Shown piece by piece: positions 60,978-64,000 of a stretch of DNA of 64,000 nt. The notes below the pieces were generated by a model. The model had not been told where the DNA came from. It ran no database searches and was given only the letters and a program-made list of their open reading frames with translations. The first letter of the stretch is position 1. The number at the start of each line of letters is the position of its first letter. Origin of the DNA: Gammaproteobacteria bacterium. Lineage in GTDB: Bacteria; Pseudomonadota; Gammaproteobacteria; Arenicellales; JAANXG01. Made by a program: the position numbers and the translations under genes. The stretch lies in the NCBI GenBank assembly GCA_034520625.1, contig JAXHNI010000009.1:97494-161493 (forward strand), written 5' to 3'.

Positions 60978-62651
60978 TCAGCCGACAGCCGGGATCTCGT
61001 GGGAGCCGCGCTGTGGCTTGCGGCCCGGCTTGTCCTGCTCGTCCCCCGCCCCGGACTCGTACCCGGCACGGGCAGCGGTGGCCGGCTGCTCGTCGGCGGG
61101 CGACGGGGCGCGCTCCCGGCGCCTGCCGGACGCGGCCCGCGAGTCGGAGCGATCCCGGGGTGCCGACGGCGCCGCGTCGTCAGGCTTGCTCGATGCGGAC
61201 CGGCGTCGGGGCGGCTCATCCTGCGCGGGGGCGGCATTCTCGGACACGACCGCGTCCGCCGTCTGTTCCGGCTCCGGTGCAGCGGCCGGTGAACGGGTCG
61301 CCGACGGGACGCTTTGGGGGCTCTCGACGTTCACGCCGGGATCTCCGCCTTCGGCGGAAGGCGCGGGCTGGTCCGCCCGGCCGGTTTCCTTCCGCCGCCG
61401 GCCGGGTTGTTCCTTGGTGGCGGCTTCCGTCCGCTCGCCGCGCCCGGGTTTCGCCCCTGAGGAATCGCCGCGGCCCGGCTTCACCAGCATCCCCTTGTCG
61501 TAACTGGCCGGCTCGATTTTCTGGCCGATGAAGTCCTCGATATCCGGTAGCGAGAACGCATAGGTCTCACAGGCAAAGCTGACAGCATCCCCGGCGGCAC
61601 CGGCGCGCGCCGTCCGGCCAATGCGGTGTACGTAATCCTCCGGATCCTGGGGCAGATCATAGTTGACCACCAGGGACACGTCCGGAATATGCAGGCCGCG
61701 CGCGGCAACATCAGTGGCCACAAGCACGTTGACTTCACCGGCCTTGAACCGCTCCAGCAGGCGCTCACGCTTCTTCTGCGGTACGTCACCCGACAGCACA
61801 CCGGCGCTCAGACCGCTTCGCTGAAGCTGGGTCGCCACCCGTTCGCTCTGGTGCTTGGTGTTCATGAACACCAGGGTCCGGGTGTCCCCGGCCCTCTTCA
61901 GGAAGCCCAGCAGCAGAGGCAGCTTGTCCGTATTGGAAGGGAAAAAGACCTTCTGCGTCACCTGGTCCACGGTGACCCGGTCGGACTCGATCGTCACCTT
62001 CTCGGGGCTGTTCATGTGCTCGTAGGCAAGCTCGTTGACCCGCAGCGACAGGGTGGCGGAGAACAGCATGTTCAGCCGCTCGCCCGGTGCCGGCATCTTG
62101 CGAAACAGATAGCGGATATCCTTGATGAAGCCGAGGTCGAACATGCGGTCGGCCTCGTCGAGCACCACCACCTGGAGGCCGTCGAAGGAGTATATCCCCT
62201 GCTTGAGGTAGTCGATGATCCGGCCCGGTGTACCGATGAGGACATCAACGCCTTCCTGCAGATCGCGCCGCTGGCTCTCGTAGCCGGTGCCGCCGTAGAT
62301 CAGGCGCAGCTTCATGCCGAGCTGCCGGCCGATGATGCGCGCGTCCTTGTCGATCTGGATCGCGAGCTCCCGGGTGGGTGCCAGGACCAGCGCCCGCGGC
62401 TGGGCCTCGGTGCGGGAGGCCGGGGCGGGATGCGTCAGCAGGTGCTGGAACAACGCCACCAGGAACGCGGCGGTCTTGCCGGTGCCGGTCTTCGCCTGCC
62501 CGGCGACGTCGCGCCCGGCCAGGAGGTGCGGCAGGGTTTCCGCTTGAATGGGGGTACAGTATTCGAATCCGGCTTCCTCGATGCCGCGGAGTATGGACGG
62601 ATCCAGCTCAAAATCGGTAAAACGTTGGTTGGAAAGATGTTTTTCAGTCAT
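60978..62651 (-). CDS. rhlB: ATP-dependent RNA helicase RhlB
   Basis: 557-aa product from ATG 62651. It is collinear with E. coli RhlB as recalled (F.DF.L.P...GF..CTPIQA, AQTGTGKT-like [35 protein letters not shown]) plus a basic C-terminal tail. It is divergent from trxA-rho as in E. coli. Confidence 0.9.
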   Translation of the reverse strand: MTEKHLSNQRFTDFELDPSILRGIEEAGFEYCTPIQAETLPHLLAGRDVAGQAKTGTGKTAAFLVALFQHLLTHPAPASRTEAQPRALVLAPTRELAIQIDKDARIIGRQLGMKLRLIYGGTGYESQRRDLQEGVDVLIGTPGRIIDYLKQGIYSFDGLQVVVLDEADRMFDLGFIKDIRYLFRKMPAPGERLNMLFSATLSLRVNELAYEHMNSPEKVTIESDRVTVDQVTQKVFFPSNTDKLPLLLGFLKRAGDTRTLVFMNTKHQSERVATQLQRSGLSAGVLSGDVPQKKRERLLERFKAGEVNVLVATDVAARGLHIPDVSLVVNYDLPQDPEDYVHRIGRTARAGAAGDAVSFACETYAFSLPDIEDFIGQKIEPASYDKGMLVKPGRGDSSGAKPGRGERTEAATKEQPGRRRKETGRADQPAPSAEGGDPGVNVESPQSVPSATRSPAAAPEPEQTADAVVSENAAPAQDEPPRRRSASSKPDDAAPSAPRDRSDSRAASGRRRERAPSPADEQPATAARAGYESGAGDEQDKPGRKPQRGSHEIPAVG

Positions 62652-62774
62652 GGGCGGCGAGGATACCAGAAACACCGGCGGCGTAAACCAAAACCCGGGG
62701 TGTTTGGAATACCCGGCCGCCATGGTTACAATGCAAGATCCATCCCATTTGAAACCCGAGGAATCCCGATATTC

Positions 62775-63098
62775 ATGTCACAAATTCGACATGTCACCGA
62801 CGACAGTTTTGAACAGGACGTGCTGTCCTCCGAGCAGCCGGTCCTGGTGGAGTACTGGGCCGAGTGGTGCGGTCCCTGCAAGATGATCTCCCCGGTGCTG
62901 GAAGAAGTCGCCGAGGAGTACGGGGAAAAGCTCCAGGTGGTCAAGCTCAACATCGACGAAAATCCCAATACGCCGCCCAGGTACGGAATCCGGGGCATTC
63001 CCACCCTGATGCTGTTCAAGAACGGAAACGTGGAGGCCACCAAGGTCGGCGCCGTATCCAAATCCCAGCTCACCGCTTTCATCGACGGAAACGTGTAA
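62775..63098 (+). CDS. trxA: thioredoxin
   Basis: 107-aa product with the WCGPC active site and the typical TrxA framing ([16 protein letters not shown]...[14 protein letters not shown]). Confidence 0.97.
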   Translation: MSQIRHVTDDSFEQDVLSSEQPVLVEYWAEWCGPCKMISPVLEEVAEEYGEKLQVVKLNIDENPNTPPRYGIRGIPTLMLFKNGNVEATKVGAVSKSQLTAFIDGNV

Positions 63099-63110
63099 AA
63101 AACGGGTCGC

Positions 63111-63139
63111 CACGTGCTGGACGCTCGGTCCAGCACGTG
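63111..63139 (+). terminator. 12-bp-stem hairpin after trxA, at the start of the rho leader
   Basis: The sequence is cacgtgctggac-gctcg-gtccagcacgtg with no U-tract. A second hairpin (GGAGCTT...AAGCTCC) and a C-rich tract follow before rho. Confidence 0.4.
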
Positions 63140-63253
63140 CTATGTTCCGGGGAGCTTCAGCTAATTCCTTAGCAAGCTCCACCTACTTAAACCAAGAATA
63201 TTCCTTTATTTCTTCCGACTCAGCGCCCACCTCGGCGCCTGTTTTCCGGTTTT

Positions 63254-64000
63254 ATGGCAATGTCTCTATCCCTCGCAGACCTCAAGAAAAAACCCCCTAC
63301 GGAACTCGCGGACCTGGCCCGCTCCATGGAGCTCGAGGGCCTGGGACGAATGCGCAAGCAGGACCAGATTTTCGCAATCCTCAAGGCCCAGGCCAAAAAA
63401 GGCGAGGACATCACCGGGGAAGGCGTCGTGGAAATCCTGCAGGACGGCTTCGGTTTCCTGCGCTCCGCCGACAGCTCCTACATGGCGGGACCCGACGACA
63501 TCTATGTATCGCCCAGTCAGATCCGCCGCTTCAACCTGCGGACCGGCGACACCGTCACCGGGCTGATCCGCCCCCCCAAGGAATCGGAGCGCTATTTCGC
63601 ACTGCTCAAGGTCGAAACCATCAATTTCCAGGCGCCGGACGAGGCCAAGAACAAGATACTGTTCGAGAACCTGACGCCCCTGCACCCGGACGACCGGCTG
63701 CGCCTGGAGCAGGAGAACGGCTCCTCGGAGGACCTGACAGCCCGGGTCATCGACCTGATCTCGCCCATCGGCAAGGGCCAGCGCGGCCTGATCGTGTCGC
63801 CGCCCAAGGCCGGCAAAACCGTCCTTCTGCAGCAGATCGCCCACTCCATCAAGGCCAATCACCCGGAATGCTTTCTGATCGTTCTTCTGATCGACGAGCG
63901 CCCTGAAGAGGTCACCGAGATGGACCGGTCTGTGATCGGTGAAGTGGTGTCCTCGACATTCGACGAACCCGCGGCGCGCCACGTCCAGGTGGCCGAGATG
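63254..64000 (+). CDS. rho: transcription termination factor Rho (5' partial, runs off the window)
   Basis: This frame is not in the ORF track because it is open at the window edge. My translation reads M(AM)[43 protein letters not shown]...[39 protein letters not shown]...PPKAGKT...[13 protein letters not shown]. Confidence 0.95.
   Translation, partial: MAMSLSLADLKKKPPTELADLARSMELEGLGRMRKQDQIFAILKAQAKKGEDITGEGVVEILQDGFGFLRSADSSYMAGPDDIYVSPSQIRRFNLRTGDTVTGLIRPPKESERYFALLKVETINFQAPDEAKNKILFENLTPLHPDDRLRLEQENGSSEDLTARVIDLISPIGKGQRGLIVSPPKAGKTVLLQQIAHSIKANHPECFLIVLLIDERPEEVTEMDRSVIGEVVSSTFDEPAARHVQVAEM

Overview
The window is a visibly GC-rich chromosomal segment with gammaproteobacterial gene order: rhlB / trxA-rho and aroQ-accB-accC-prmA-DUF3426-dusB-fis-purH-purD-purE. 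I support about 55 protein-coding genes, and almost all are housekeeping or envelope functions. These include thiC, a pcm-like/tolC operon, waaA, hemF, tsaC, the pur genes, dsbD, fxsA-groES-groEL, sodB, glnE, ilvE, pgi, and an LPS-core cluster (waaC-galE-waaG::waaP-kinase). There is one accessory-looking block: choline sulfatase, a LysR regulator, a family-5 ABC importer and an alkaline-phosphatase-superfamily enzyme. I found no rRNA, tRNA, CRISPR array, IS element, transposase, integrase or recognisable defence or toxin module, so I do not claim a novel multi-gene system. The most unusual signal is non-coding. A family of hairpin-ended intergenic elements occurs six times in 64 kb, as a ~150-nt long form and a ~110-nt short form. 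In each copy the two terminal arms have co-varied. A second REP-like family, a perfect 48-bp palindrome and several short tandem arrays are also present. Two protein architectures deserve a second look: a continuous WaaG-WaaP (glycosyltransferase-kinase) reading frame, and a DsbD with a tandemly duplicated N-terminal redox domain. The groESL promoter carries both a sigma-32-type promoter and a CIRCE operator. All calls come from reading the sequence and the ORF translations by eye. No searches or folding computations were run. Start codons are often uncertain by a few codons, because the ORF track includes alternative starts and long GC-driven extensions.
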